Shown here piece by piece: positions 1 to 8,825 of a DNA stretch of 64,000 bases. The notes below the pieces were generated by a model. The model was not told the origin of the DNA, did not search any database, and saw only the letters and a list, made by a program, of their open reading frames with translations. This stretch comes from Alphaproteobacteria bacterium (GTDB taxonomy: Bacteria; Pseudomonadota; Alphaproteobacteria; JAUHZC01), in contig CP060236.1 in NCBI GenBank assembly GCA_023898725.1, positions 807,086-871,085 on the forward strand. The letters run 5' to 3'. The number at the start of each line of letters is the position of its first letter. The first letter of the stretch is position 1. The translations under genes and the position numbers were made by a program.

Positions 1-387
1 CCATAGCTGGTTTACAAAATTCACCACTGAGCTTTTGCCATTTGTTCCAGTAACAGCAACGATATGATCAGGCTTAGCGGCATAAAATTTGGCAGCAGCA
101 TAAGAAAGAATCGCACGAGCGTCATCCACGACAATAATCGTCGGTGATGTATCAACTGGAATTACACGAGGAGGGACAATCACAACACATGCCTTGTTGC
201 GAATTGCCTGGCGTATGTAGGGGAGGGTGTCTTTGCCAGACTCCGAGGGTAGAGCAAAGTACATATCACCAGGACGAACATTTTGCGCCTGCACACTCAG
301 TCTTGTAAGGAAAGGATTTTGGGTGATCACTGGATGATTGGAAAGCTGATCGAGAAGATAGCTGGGTAAAAGATCGCGCAGAAACAT
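1..387 (-). CDS. murE: UDP-N-acetylmuramoyl-L-alanyl-D-glutamate--2,6-diaminopimelate ligase MurE, N-terminal ~129 codons (gene truncated by window edge)
   Basis: Reverse-strand translation starting at ATG 385-387 gives MFLRDLLPSYLLDQ...AVTGTNGKSS (P-loop of the Mur ligase family). The start overlaps the ftsI stop by one nucleotide (ATGA arrangement), in the canonical dcw order. Confidence 0.75.
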   Translation of the reverse strand, partial: MFLRDLLPSYLLDQLSNHPVITQNPFLTRLSVQAQNVRPGDMYFALPSESGKDTLPYIRQAIRNKACVVIVPPRVIPVDTSPTIIVVDDARAILSYAAAKFYAAKPDHIVAVTGTNGKSSVVNFVNQLW

Positions 388-2093
388 CAGTGATTCCCCA
401 CAGGAATATATTTTACTTGTCGCATAAGCGCTTCTGTATGGCGAGAAGATGTTTCCTGACGGTTAGGTGTAATCCCTGCAAGCGGGGCAATTTTAGCAAT
501 AATGCGTGCTGCAATGGGAGCTGTGTTCCAACCAGCATTGTTGAATCCAAATGTTTTTGCAAGACGCTGGGGGTTATCCAGCATGACAACTACGACATAA
601 CGTATGTCGTTAATTGATGAACCTACAGCGCCAACAAAGGCCGCATCCACATTATTTTTTTGATAGTTTCGGCCGACGCGCTTATTGGCTGTTCCTGTTT
701 TTCCGATCACAACATAGGAGTCAACATTGGCCTTTCTACACGTGCCTTCTGTCACAGCAAGGCGCATCAATGCACGCATTTGTGCTGACACACGCTTTGA
801 AATAACAGGCTGCCCTAAGTGTGGTTGAGAAGCTATGATGAAGGAGGGTGTGACTTCCTTACCGTTATTAACAATTGTTGCAACTCCTTTTGCAAGATGC
901 AGGGGTGTTACTGAAATACCATACCCATAAGCAATAGTAGAAAGACTTGTCTCTGACCAATGGAGGGGTACGAGAGGGTTTCCTTTTTCTGGAAGCTCAT
1001 ACGATAGAGCCTTTAGGAAACCCAGTTTTTCAAAAAAATCTTTTTGTTTGGCAATGCCCGCATCGATTGCCATTAAGCTTGAGCCAACATTTGAGGATTT
1101 TAAAAACACCTGAGGTACAGTCATCCACTCGCTCTTTCCATGAAAATCGGTGATTCGAAAGCGTCCTATTTTTAAACCAGCTCCTGTTTTGTAACGACTT
1201 GAAAGTGTTGCTGCTCCTGTTTCTAGGCTCATCGCAGTGTTGAAAATCTTAAGGGTTGATCCCATTTCGTAGACGCCCGAGGTATTGCGGTTAAACATAT
1301 TGACCGGCGTGCGCTCTTTTGAACTATGGGGGTTATAATCAGGGAGCGATATCATGGCTTTAATGAGACCTGTTTTGGCATCCATAATGATTACGTTTCC
1401 GGCGTTAGCACCAAATTCAGCAATACCTTTTGTCAGCTCTTCGTAGGCCGCTTGCTGAAAGCGAATATCAAGGCCTAATCTCACCGCACTGACATTGTGA
1501 AAGTGACTGCCATTAAGCGTATGTTCAATGCCTGATATTCCCCTATTATCAAGGTTTGTTAACCCAAGAACGTGCGAAAACAAACGACCATGGGGATAGA
1601 AGCGCTGTGTATCATTCACTAACTCAAGCTTGGGATTGCCGAGTTTTAAAATAGCCGCATGTTGGCGCGGGGTAATATTTCGAGCAAGCCATACAAATCC
1701 AGGTCCTCGGGCAAGTGCTGCCCTTAGGCGCACAAGGGATTTTTTGGGAAAAATATTTTGTAATTTTTGTGCAAGCTCGTCGGCCTCGTCAGGAGCGATA
1801 GCACGACCTGCCAAAGACACTGTTGAGACAGTTGTGGCAAGCAGCTCTCCATTCGCGTCATAAATGTCGGGTCTTTTTTTTGCAACCGCGCCGTAGGGAA
1901 GAGCAGACGACGATCCCCCTGCATCAGACCCACCTAGGCCAAACATACCCACCCTTATCATGAGACATATCATGATAAAGGTTAGTGCAGCTAAAATAAC
2001 AATTACACGGTTGTGGAGGTCATTAATACCTCGTTGGGAAAATGAGGGTGTAACAGGTTGAGGTGTATATCCAAAAACATGTGTGCGCTTCAT
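387..2093 (-). CDS. ftsI: peptidoglycan D,D-transpeptidase FtsI (PBP3)
   Basis: 568-aa ORF with an N-terminal membrane anchor. The PBP transpeptidase-domain motifs STxK, SxN and KTG (VIGKTGTA) are present. It sits between ftsL and murE in the dcw cluster. Confidence 0.9.
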   Translation of the reverse strand: MKRTHVFGYTPQPVTPSFSQRGINDLHNRVIVILAALTFIMICLMIRVGMFGLGGSDAGGSSSALPYGAVAKKRPDIYDANGELLATTVSTVSLAGRAIAPDEADELAQKLQNIFPKKSLVRLRAALARGPGFVWLARNITPRQHAAILKLGNPKLELVNDTQRFYPHGRLFSHVLGLTNLDNRGISGIEHTLNGSHFHNVSAVRLGLDIRFQQAAYEELTKGIAEFGANAGNVIIMDAKTGLIKAMISLPDYNPHSSKERTPVNMFNRNTSGVYEMGSTLKIFNTAMSLETGAATLSSRYKTGAGLKIGRFRITDFHGKSEWMTVPQVFLKSSNVGSSLMAIDAGIAKQKDFFEKLGFLKALSYELPEKGNPLVPLHWSETSLSTIAYGYGISVTPLHLAKGVATIVNNGKEVTPSFIIASQPHLGQPVISKRVSAQMRALMRLAVTEGTCRKANVDSYVVIGKTGTANKRVGRNYQKNNVDAAFVGAVGSSINDIRYVVVVMLDNPQRLAKTFGFNNAGWNTAPIAARIIAKIAPLAGITPNRQETSSRHTEALMRQVKYIPVGNH

Positions 2094-2377
2094 TTTTTTC
2101 TCCGGTTGGTCACAAAAGTGATTTCAGAGGGTAGAAAAATCTGGGAAGGCTTAATGGGTTGGAGTTGTGTGTGCGCACGAGCGAGGTGCTGCATGCGTGT
2201 AGGGCTGCTAAGATAATTTGCCTCTGCTTTGAGAATGCGAATAGAGTTTGTGTGCTGGCGAATTTTTTGATTGATTTGCCGATGCTCATCCTCAAGACTT
2301 GAGACCTTGTATTTCAAAGTGAACAAACCAAAGGCAACACCAGAAATCAGCACAACAAGAGCCATCGTTGCGTTCAT
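2090..2377 (-). CDS. ftsL: cell division protein FtsL
   Basis: 95-aa single-TM protein (MNATMALVVLISGVAFGLFTL) followed by a coiled-coil. It lies between rsmH and ftsI with 4-nt overlaps on both sides. Confidence 0.6.
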   Translation of the reverse strand: MNATMALVVLISGVAFGLFTLKYKVSSLEDEHRQINQKIRQHTNSIRILKAEANYLSSPTRMQHLARAHTQLQPIKPSQIFLPSEITFVTNRRKK

Positions 2378-3351
2378 GCTAATACCCCCCCCTGTGAGGA
2401 AGAGGATAATAGGCGCCGTGCGGCACGTAATTTTGCTGATCGCGCCCGAGGGTTGTTAGCAAGTTCATCCTGAGATGCGGTAATGCTCTTATGTGTAATG
2501 AGATCAAAGGCATAGTGAGCGAGATCATTGTTGTGGGTTACTGTGTTTTTATACTTATTCGTGTGCGTGCGCGGCTGTGTGTGCATCTTCATAAATTGCT
2601 TTACGCGCCTGTCTTCAAGCGAGTGAAAACTCACACATATTAAGCGCCCGTTAGCCCTCAGAGACATCAGACTTTGATCGAGTAGCCGATCTATTTCATC
2701 AAGCTCCTGATTGACTTCAATACGCAATGCTTGAAAAACACGCGTAGCTGGGTGCGTTTTTTTATGACCATAACGAGCAACCCTTGCTACTAAACTGGCG
2801 AGCTGCTTTGTTGTGGTAAAGGGTGTTTCTGTACGATCAGCCACAATGGCCCTTGCTATTGCTCGTGCTCGGGGCTCCTCACCATAGTGCCGAAAGATAC
2901 GAATCAACTCTTCTTCTGGATATGTATTTACAGCGTGGGCAGCTGTATGGAGTTCTGTACGGTCCATACGCATGTCCAAAGGTCCCTCGTGGAAAAAGGA
3001 AAACCCACGATCGGCTTCATCAAGTTGAGGAGATGAAACACCGAAGTCTGCAACAATCCCATCAACTCCCTGCCCAGCATGGGGGAGTGCAGTAAGGTGT
3101 TTGTGAATTTGACCAAAGCGTGCGCGAACAAAATCAAACCGCTGCGCATACGAGGCCTTTAGCGCCGTCGCGTGCGGTACGGCTGCTTCGTCACAATCCA
3201 AGGCGATAACGCGACAATTTGCAGCGTTAAGGATGGCGCGTGTATACCCACCACGCCCAAACGTGGCATCCACATATGTTTCGCCATCTGTGGGGGAAAG
3301 GACTTTCAAAACTTCAGCAATGAGAACGGGTGTGTGTGTGTCGCGAGTCAT
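2374..3351 (-). CDS. rsmH: 16S rRNA (cytosine1402-N4)-methyltransferase RsmH (MraW)
   Basis: 325 aa with a SAM-binding N-terminus (VDATFGRGGYTRAIL), the DFGVSSPQLD motif and the conserved dcw position. Confidence 0.9.
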   Translation of the reverse strand: MTRDTHTPVLIAEVLKVLSPTDGETYVDATFGRGGYTRAILNAANCRVIALDCDEAAVPHATALKASYAQRFDFVRARFGQIHKHLTALPHAGQGVDGIVADFGVSSPQLDEADRGFSFFHEGPLDMRMDRTELHTAAHAVNTYPEEELIRIFRHYGEEPRARAIARAIVADRTETPFTTTKQLASLVARVARYGHKKTHPATRVFQALRIEVNQELDEIDRLLDQSLMSLRANGRLICVSFHSLEDRRVKQFMKMHTQPRTHTNKYKNTVTHNNDLAHYAFDLITHKSITASQDELANNPRARSAKLRAARRLLSSSSQGGVLA

Positions 3352-3352
3352 C

Positions 3353-3814
3353 TTAGGCCTTTTGCGTGTCGGATAGCTTTAACGTTGGTTTTTCTATTTT
3401 CATCCGGTTGCGCGCATTGGCTTGTGTGTGCGCAAAGACATCTGGATGCCAGAGTTGAAACGTTGCTCCCCGACCTACAAAGGCCACATGCGTATCAAGT
3501 CCCGCGTGCTCGATGAGCTCCTGCGGGAGAGTGATGCGCCCATCACTGTCTATTGGTAATTGATGGGCGTCTGCAAAAATCGCGGACGCCATGTCTTCTT
3601 GTGAATCTGAGAATAAATCCATGGAATCAATACTTTGGCTCATGCGCTCCATACGTGACATGGTGCAGCCCTCAATAGACGCGTGCTTGTATGAACGAAA
3701 GAGAATTAATCCTTGAAAACTTTCCGCTGAAAGAGTTGCGCGAAACTGGGCCGGAACGGAAATACGCGCTTTTTTGTCGAGCTTATTGACGTATGTGGAA
3801 AGAAAAAGAGCCAT
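3353..3814 (-). CDS. mraZ: transcriptional regulator MraZ
   Basis: 153 aa with the duplicated MraZ fold and first gene of the dcw cluster. Confidence 0.85.
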   Translation of the reverse strand: MALFLSTYVNKLDKKARISVPAQFRATLSAESFQGLILFRSYKHASIEGCTMSRMERMSQSIDSMDLFSDSQEDMASAIFADAHQLPIDSDGRITLPQELIEHAGLDTHVAFVGRGATFQLWHPDVFAHTQANARNRMKIEKPTLKLSDTQKA

Positions 3815-4180
3815 TTGTTTCGCAAGCGTTGAAGTTATTCACAGTGAGTTTTTGAAGCACTTTAATGGTAATAAGTGCCTATTTATGGGATATCATGGGA
3901 TAGTATGGGTGTCAACGGGAAAACCTGGAATTTGGACTATGCACAGACTTATCCACAACCCGATACTGCCACCAAAACCCCTATAAAACAGGGGTTTTGA
4001 TAAAAATGTCACACACGTAACAATATTAATGCCATCCAAGTAATTAATAAGTATTAAAAATTGATTAAAATTTTATATAATCAACTATATACTGTTTAAA
4101 AACACCTAATAAACGAATCTTTGATGCAGAAATGCGTAAATATCCATATTTAGGCCATATCTATACTAGAAAGGGAACGT

Positions 4181-4633
4181 ATGACATACACGCACCGTCC
4201 TCTTATTTTAACGGACAGGATCGTTCTAAAAGATCTTCTGTTGGACCTTGGTTATCCTCAAACAGAGGAATCTCTCACAACCATTATGCAAACATACACA
4301 AATGAGAGGGAGTATTACGCTTATGTAGCTATGAGTGAAGGCATTGTATGTGGAGTCATTGCATGGCACATGCGCCGGCTATTTGTTAATGCGCGTCTAA
4401 AAGTAAGCATTGAGGGTCTTGTTGTTAATCCTCGCATGCATAGGCGTGGTGTCGGTCAGTACCTTATGGGGATTGTAGAAGTTTTTGCCCGGAATGAGGG
4501 CGTTTGGGTGATTGATTTGACCTCAGGAAGGTATCGCGCCTCCTCAGGCGCCCATGCATTTTATCAAAGTCTGGGGTATGACAACACGGGCATGGGGGAA
4601 AAGATTTATCTCCGTAAGATCATAAAGCAATAG
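4181..4633 (+). CDS. GNAT family N-acetyltransferase
   Basis: 150 aa containing the acetyl-CoA binding motif (VNPRMHRRGVGQYLM matches the Q/RxxGxG/A motif). Confidence 0.6.
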   Translation: MTYTHRPLILTDRIVLKDLLLDLGYPQTEESLTTIMQTYTNEREYYAYVAMSEGIVCGVIAWHMRRLFVNARLKVSIEGLVVNPRMHRRGVGQYLMGIVEVFARNEGVWVIDLTSGRYRASSGAHAFYQSLGYDNTGMGEKIYLRKIIKQ

Positions 4634-4673
4634 GCCATTGGTCTGTTGCTGCCCTGATAGTACTACCCTGGTG

Positions 4674-5312
4674 CTATGAGTGCTCTTTAGCTGTCAGCTG
4701 ATTAGCAAAAGAATGGTTTACATCTCGGTGATTTTCTTCATCCGCACGCACAGCCAAAACCAGCTCACGCAGACGCGCCCCTTTGGGTAATCCCCAGTAC
4801 GCGACAGCAATAGCAGGAGCAAGGGTGTTTGGAATTTGCCCACTATCTATTTCATGGAGATACTGTGTGTATGAAATAACAGCTTCTTCTTCAAGGTAGC
4901 CAACAATGCGGTGTGCTGTGCGCTCGGAGACAATATACAGGATGAAGTATGCTGTAAAAAAGAAAAATTGGACAAGGATGATCAAAAGGCGCTCAAACCA
5001 GGAAGGTTGAGCAATCTCAATGAATGTCATCAGATGCATGCGTTCATTTTCTGCTTCACTTAGTAAGATTTTAATCCAGCCGTTGTCATCGGCACACCGT
5101 CGTAAACTTTTGAGGTGTTGAAACATTCCCCCCACCATGCCTGGAACGGCTGCGACTGTTTCAAGAACAACAGCCCTATGACCGTAACGTTTTTTAAAAA
5201 ATGTGTCTGCACAAAAACGCAACATTTGCACAACCCAATACGCAAAAGAATCGCAGAAGCCCTGGCGCGGGTGGGAGGATTTCTGTTTCTTTGTGGGAAG
5301 AGATTTTTTCAT
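4674..5312 (-). CDS. aox: alternative oxidase (cyanide-insensitive di-iron ubiquinol oxidase, AOX)
   Basis: 212 aa carrying the diagnostic AOX di-iron motifs [34 protein letters not shown] and RADEENHRD. It is the size of a bacterial AOX with no mitochondrial presequence. The N-terminal ~25 residues may be over-extended. Confidence 0.75.
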   Translation of the reverse strand: MKKSLPTKKQKSSHPRQGFCDSFAYWVVQMLRFCADTFFKKRYGHRAVVLETVAAVPGMVGGMFQHLKSLRRCADDNGWIKILLSEAENERMHLMTFIEIAQPSWFERLLIILVQFFFFTAYFILYIVSERTAHRIVGYLEEEAVISYTQYLHEIDSGQIPNTLAPAIAVAYWGLPKGARLRELVLAVRADEENHRDVNHSFANQLTAKEHS

Positions 5313-5556
5313 TTTTTACCTCAACTTTGCGAAATGACCTATCTACTCTATGAATAAGGATAGAAATTAACGCAGATAAACACAAGAAAATAGTCAACCA
5401 TGTGTTGGATTCTGCTGTTTTGTGCAGGCAGGCGTATGATTTAAAGATTATAAAAAAAATAATTTAACAAATAAATAAAAACAAATAAGTATCACTTGTC
5501 TCTTCAAAAAAATCTTTTTCCTGTTAGTCTGCAGGAAATTCGAAAGAATACGATCT

Positions 5557-6825
5557 ATGACTAAACGGTTAACTTTTTCTACATTTACAGCCTGGCTCAG
5601 CCTAAGTCTTTTTTTTCTGTATGTTTATGTGTTGCGCGTCAGTTCAGGCATGATGTTTGTTCAGCTGCGTTCAGAGTTTTGTATGACAGCAGGACAGTTC
5701 GGTATTTTTGGGGCCTGTTATTTTTATGCATACGCTCTTGCGCAGGTTCCTATGGGAGTTCTATTGGATCGCTTAGGTATTCGCTGGGTGGTTCTTTTTT
5801 CACTGATTCTGACTCTTATGTCGACGATTATTTTTGCCTATGCCGATACACTCTGGTTGGTTTACGGCAGCCGCGCGTTATTGGGTCTTGGATCGGCAGC
5901 CGTGTTGATGTCGTGCCTCAAGTATGTTTCTGATACGATGCCTGAAAAGTACTTGGGAACATTCATGGGGTTGAGTTTAGGTGTTGGGGTCATGGGTGCT
6001 TTGGGAGCAGGGAGTAATATTCCGGATTTTTTAGAGCTGTACTCATGGCGTTCTGTGCTTATGATGGTGGCATATGGAGGAATCCCTCTGTTTGCTTTGC
6101 TCATGATAGTCATTCCAGCCAAGAAATCCCCACACGGGGGAACCCCAACCGAACCTTTTAATCTGCGGGCGATTATTAGTGTTGTGTGGGCAGTCATTAC
6201 GCATCGCCACATTATGCTATATGGTTTTTTGTCAATTGGGGTTTACACACCTTTGGCTGTTTTGGCAGATTTGTGGGGCCCTGCTTATTTCACGATCAAG
6301 TTCGATTGGACGGCTGATCAAGCAGCTAAAGCAGCGACACGCATGTATGCAGGGCTCATGCTTGGCAGCATCGTTTTACCCTGGATTAGTCGCATACTTC
6401 ATGACTATAACAGGGTGATTCAGTTTTCTACATTTGGGATTTTCTTTTTGATGATAAGTATCCTGTACATCCCGAATATTTCAGCCATTACTTTTGCTGC
6501 AGGACTTGTTGGTATTGGCATACTGTGTGGTGCGGAAATGCTTTGTTTTACAGGAGCCACGCACTATACAACTGGGAAAACTTCAGGAACAACCATTGGG
6601 ATTGTGAATACGTTTAATATGCTGGGTGGAGCCATATTGAGCCAACTGATAGGAAAAATTCTTGACTGTAGTTGGGGTGGAGGGATGATTGGCAATATAC
6701 GCGTCTATACAGTCGCGGACTATACAACAGCACTTGTTGTAATCATTTGTGCAGTTGCTGGGTGTGCAGTGGGGACCTTCTTTTTGCAGAAACCCGGGGC
6801 CCCTGGAGCTGACTGTGTGAGGTGA
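5557..6825 (+). CDS. MFS transporter (paralog 1 of tandem pair)
   Basis: 422 aa with ~12 predicted TM segments and MFS motifs (GVLLDRLGIRW). Confidence 0.8.
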   Translation: MTKRLTFSTFTAWLSLSLFFLYVYVLRVSSGMMFVQLRSEFCMTAGQFGIFGACYFYAYALAQVPMGVLLDRLGIRWVVLFSLILTLMSTIIFAYADTLWLVYGSRALLGLGSAAVLMSCLKYVSDTMPEKYLGTFMGLSLGVGVMGALGAGSNIPDFLELYSWRSVLMMVAYGGIPLFALLMIVIPAKKSPHGGTPTEPFNLRAIISVVWAVITHRHIMLYGFLSIGVYTPLAVLADLWGPAYFTIKFDWTADQAAKAATRMYAGLMLGSIVLPWISRILHDYNRVIQFSTFGIFFLMISILYIPNISAITFAAGLVGIGILCGAEMLCFTGATHYTTGKTSGTTIGIVNTFNMLGGAILSQLIGKILDCSWGGGMIGNIRVYTVADYTTALVVIICAVAGCAVGTFFLQKPGAPGADCVR

Positions 6826-6860
6826 ACAGGGAAGAAGCCGACAGCAGAAAAAAATCCATA

Positions 6861-8189
6861 ATGAAGAAGCTCGTGCGTGCAGTTGACGGCACTGCTATTT
6901 TAGTTTGTAATTACACTCGGTGTTCGTTGATAATTTTTGTGCAAAAAAAACACTTTTTTCCAGTATTAGCTGCCTGGATCAGTCTCAATCTTTTTTTTCT
7001 TTACATGTACGCTATTCGTGTGAGTACGGGTGCTATGTTTGCTCAACTGCGAACAGAATTTTCCATGACAGGTGAGCAGTTTGGGCTATTTGGATCATGT
7101 TATTTATACGCGTACTCCCTTGCCCAAATCCCTATGGGGATTTTATTGGATAGATTTGGGGTGCGTACAATTAGTCTTTTTTCTGTTTTTTTAACGCTTC
7201 TGGCGGTCTTTTCTCTGGCAAATGTCACGTCGCTAAATTTGGCCTATGTGAGTCGATCACTTTTGGGATTGGGTTCTGCCGCAGTAATGATGTCATGTTT
7301 GAAGTTCACATCAGATCAGTTACCGATACATCTGCGTGGTATTTTTATGGGAGCGGGCTTGAGTGTCGGTGTTGTGGGTGCGTTGAGTGCGGGAATGGGA
7401 GTTCCTGAGCTTCTCAAGGTTATGAGCTGGCGTGTGGTGCTTAATAATAGCTTGTTGATAGGTGCTCCGATTGCCTTTCTTTTGCTTACATTTGTTCCTA
7501 AAAATCTCTCTAATCAAGAGGAAAAGAAAGCAAATACCCCTGTTTTTTCTGGTGTTGGCCGACATTTGAAAGGTGTACTGACTAATCCGTCAATTATTCT
7601 GTATGGATGCATGTCTATTGGCGTATATACACCGTTGGCAACAATTGCTGACTTGTGGGGGACGGCCTTTTTATCGGCAAAATATGGATGGGATAACGCA
7701 CTTGCTTCGCAAACAATTGTACAAATGTATGTGGGTTTGATCTTGGGTGCTGTTTTGCTTCCCTGTGTGAATCGGTACATTAATAATATTAATGCGATGC
7801 TACGGATGGCTATCCTTGGAATATTGATACTATTTTGTGTAATTTTGTATATTCCTGGTTTGAGCATTGGGTTCTTGGTTGGGTTCTTGGTAACAATTGG
7901 TATGTTATGCGGTGCAGAAATGATGTGTTTTAATGGTGCTTCCCAGTATGCTACACCCCAAACATCAGGGTTAATCATTGGCATAGTGAACACATTTAAT
8001 ATGCTGGGCAGTGGTCTTTTGAATCAAACTATTGGAAAAATGCTTGACATGAATTGGGATGGAACAATGGACAATGGATTGCGTGTGTACAGTGCTGAAA
8101 ATTACACAGTTGCTTTATCGGTTTTGGTTGCCACTTCTGCGCTGTGCTTTATGATTTCCTTTTTCTTGAAAAGCCCTTCTAAAAAATAG
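6861..8189 (+). CDS. MFS transporter (paralog 2 of tandem pair)
   Basis: The N-terminal region aligns closely with the upstream paralog (FFLYMYAIRVSTGAMFAQLRTEF versus FFLYVYVLRVSSGMMFVQLRSEF). The ORF track starts at a GTG at 6822 that overlaps the upstream stop, so the ATG at 6861 was chosen. The start is uncertain. Confidence 0.75.
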   Translation: MKKLVRAVDGTAILVCNYTRCSLIIFVQKKHFFPVLAAWISLNLFFLYMYAIRVSTGAMFAQLRTEFSMTGEQFGLFGSCYLYAYSLAQIPMGILLDRFGVRTISLFSVFLTLLAVFSLANVTSLNLAYVSRSLLGLGSAAVMMSCLKFTSDQLPIHLRGIFMGAGLSVGVVGALSAGMGVPELLKVMSWRVVLNNSLLIGAPIAFLLLTFVPKNLSNQEEKKANTPVFSGVGRHLKGVLTNPSIILYGCMSIGVYTPLATIADLWGTAFLSAKYGWDNALASQTIVQMYVGLILGAVLLPCVNRYINNINAMLRMAILGILILFCVILYIPGLSIGFLVGFLVTIGMLCGAEMMCFNGASQYATPQTSGLIIGIVNTFNMLGSGLLNQTIGKMLDMNWDGTMDNGLRVYSAENYTVALSVLVATSALCFMISFFLKSPSKK

Positions 8190-8308
8190 CTTCCGCCTCC
8201 CCGATGCCGGAGTCGCACCAGGAAAAACCTTGACCGTGCAGGATAATTTTCATAACTTTATACCCGAAGCTCTCTTTCTTATAGGCGATTAGGCTATCCC
8301 CGAAGTTT

Positions 8309-8803
8309 TTAAGCATTTATGAATTTACCTTCATACCTTATAATATCATGCTTGATGGCTGATCCCCACCGATAACCCTGTGTTCTATCAGACATATTGT
8401 GGGATGCGCGTACCACGCGGTGACAGGGAATGAAATAACTAATGGGATTGCATCCAAGCGCAGTGCCTACGGCACGTACGGCTGTGGGCTTTCCAATGGC
8501 TTCTGCAAGCTGTCCATATGTTGTAACGGTTCCTCTTGGTACATTTTTCACTGCAGACCACACCTTTTTTTGAAACGGTGTTCCAGCAGCCGCAAGGAGC
8601 ATTTTTTTGATGTCACTGAGGGAACAGTTCTTTGGTGTGGGCGAATCTGTCCTATGTGTCTGTTTATGAAAAGCCCTAATAACACCACTGTACTCGCCAA
8701 ATCCTGCGAAAATAATATGTCCGTCGCGAGTATAAATAGTGTGAAGGGGGGACTGCGTTTCTGGCACTGTGTTTGTTGTAATAAAGTAGTTTTCTGTCAT
8801 CGT
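8309..8803 (-). CDS. ogt: methylated-DNA--protein-cysteine methyltransferase (Ogt/MGMT)
   Basis: Active-site motif IPCHRVV and helix-turn-helix YGQLAEAIGKPTAVRAVGTALGCNPISY. The start was trimmed to the internal Met (MTENYF) to avoid overlap with asnB. Confidence 0.8.
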   Translation of the reverse strand, partial: TMTENYFITTNTVPETQSPLHTIYTRDGHIIFAGFGEYSGVIRAFHKQTHRTDSPTPKNCSLSDIKKMLLAAAGTPFQKKVWSAVKNVPRGTVTTYGQLAEAIGKPTAVRAVGTALGCNPISYFIPCHRVVRASHNMSDRTQGYRWGSAIKHDIIRYEGKFINA

Positions 8804-8825
8804 ACAAATCCTCTTAGGGGGGCAA

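Noticed and set aside
3172-3516. 114-aa plus-strand ORF overlapping rsmH/mraZ
   Set aside because: It is antisense to two highly conserved dcw genes and is an overlap artefact.
7514-7993. 159-aa minus-strand ORF inside the second MFS gene
   Set aside because: It is antisense to a well-supported transporter gene and has no features.
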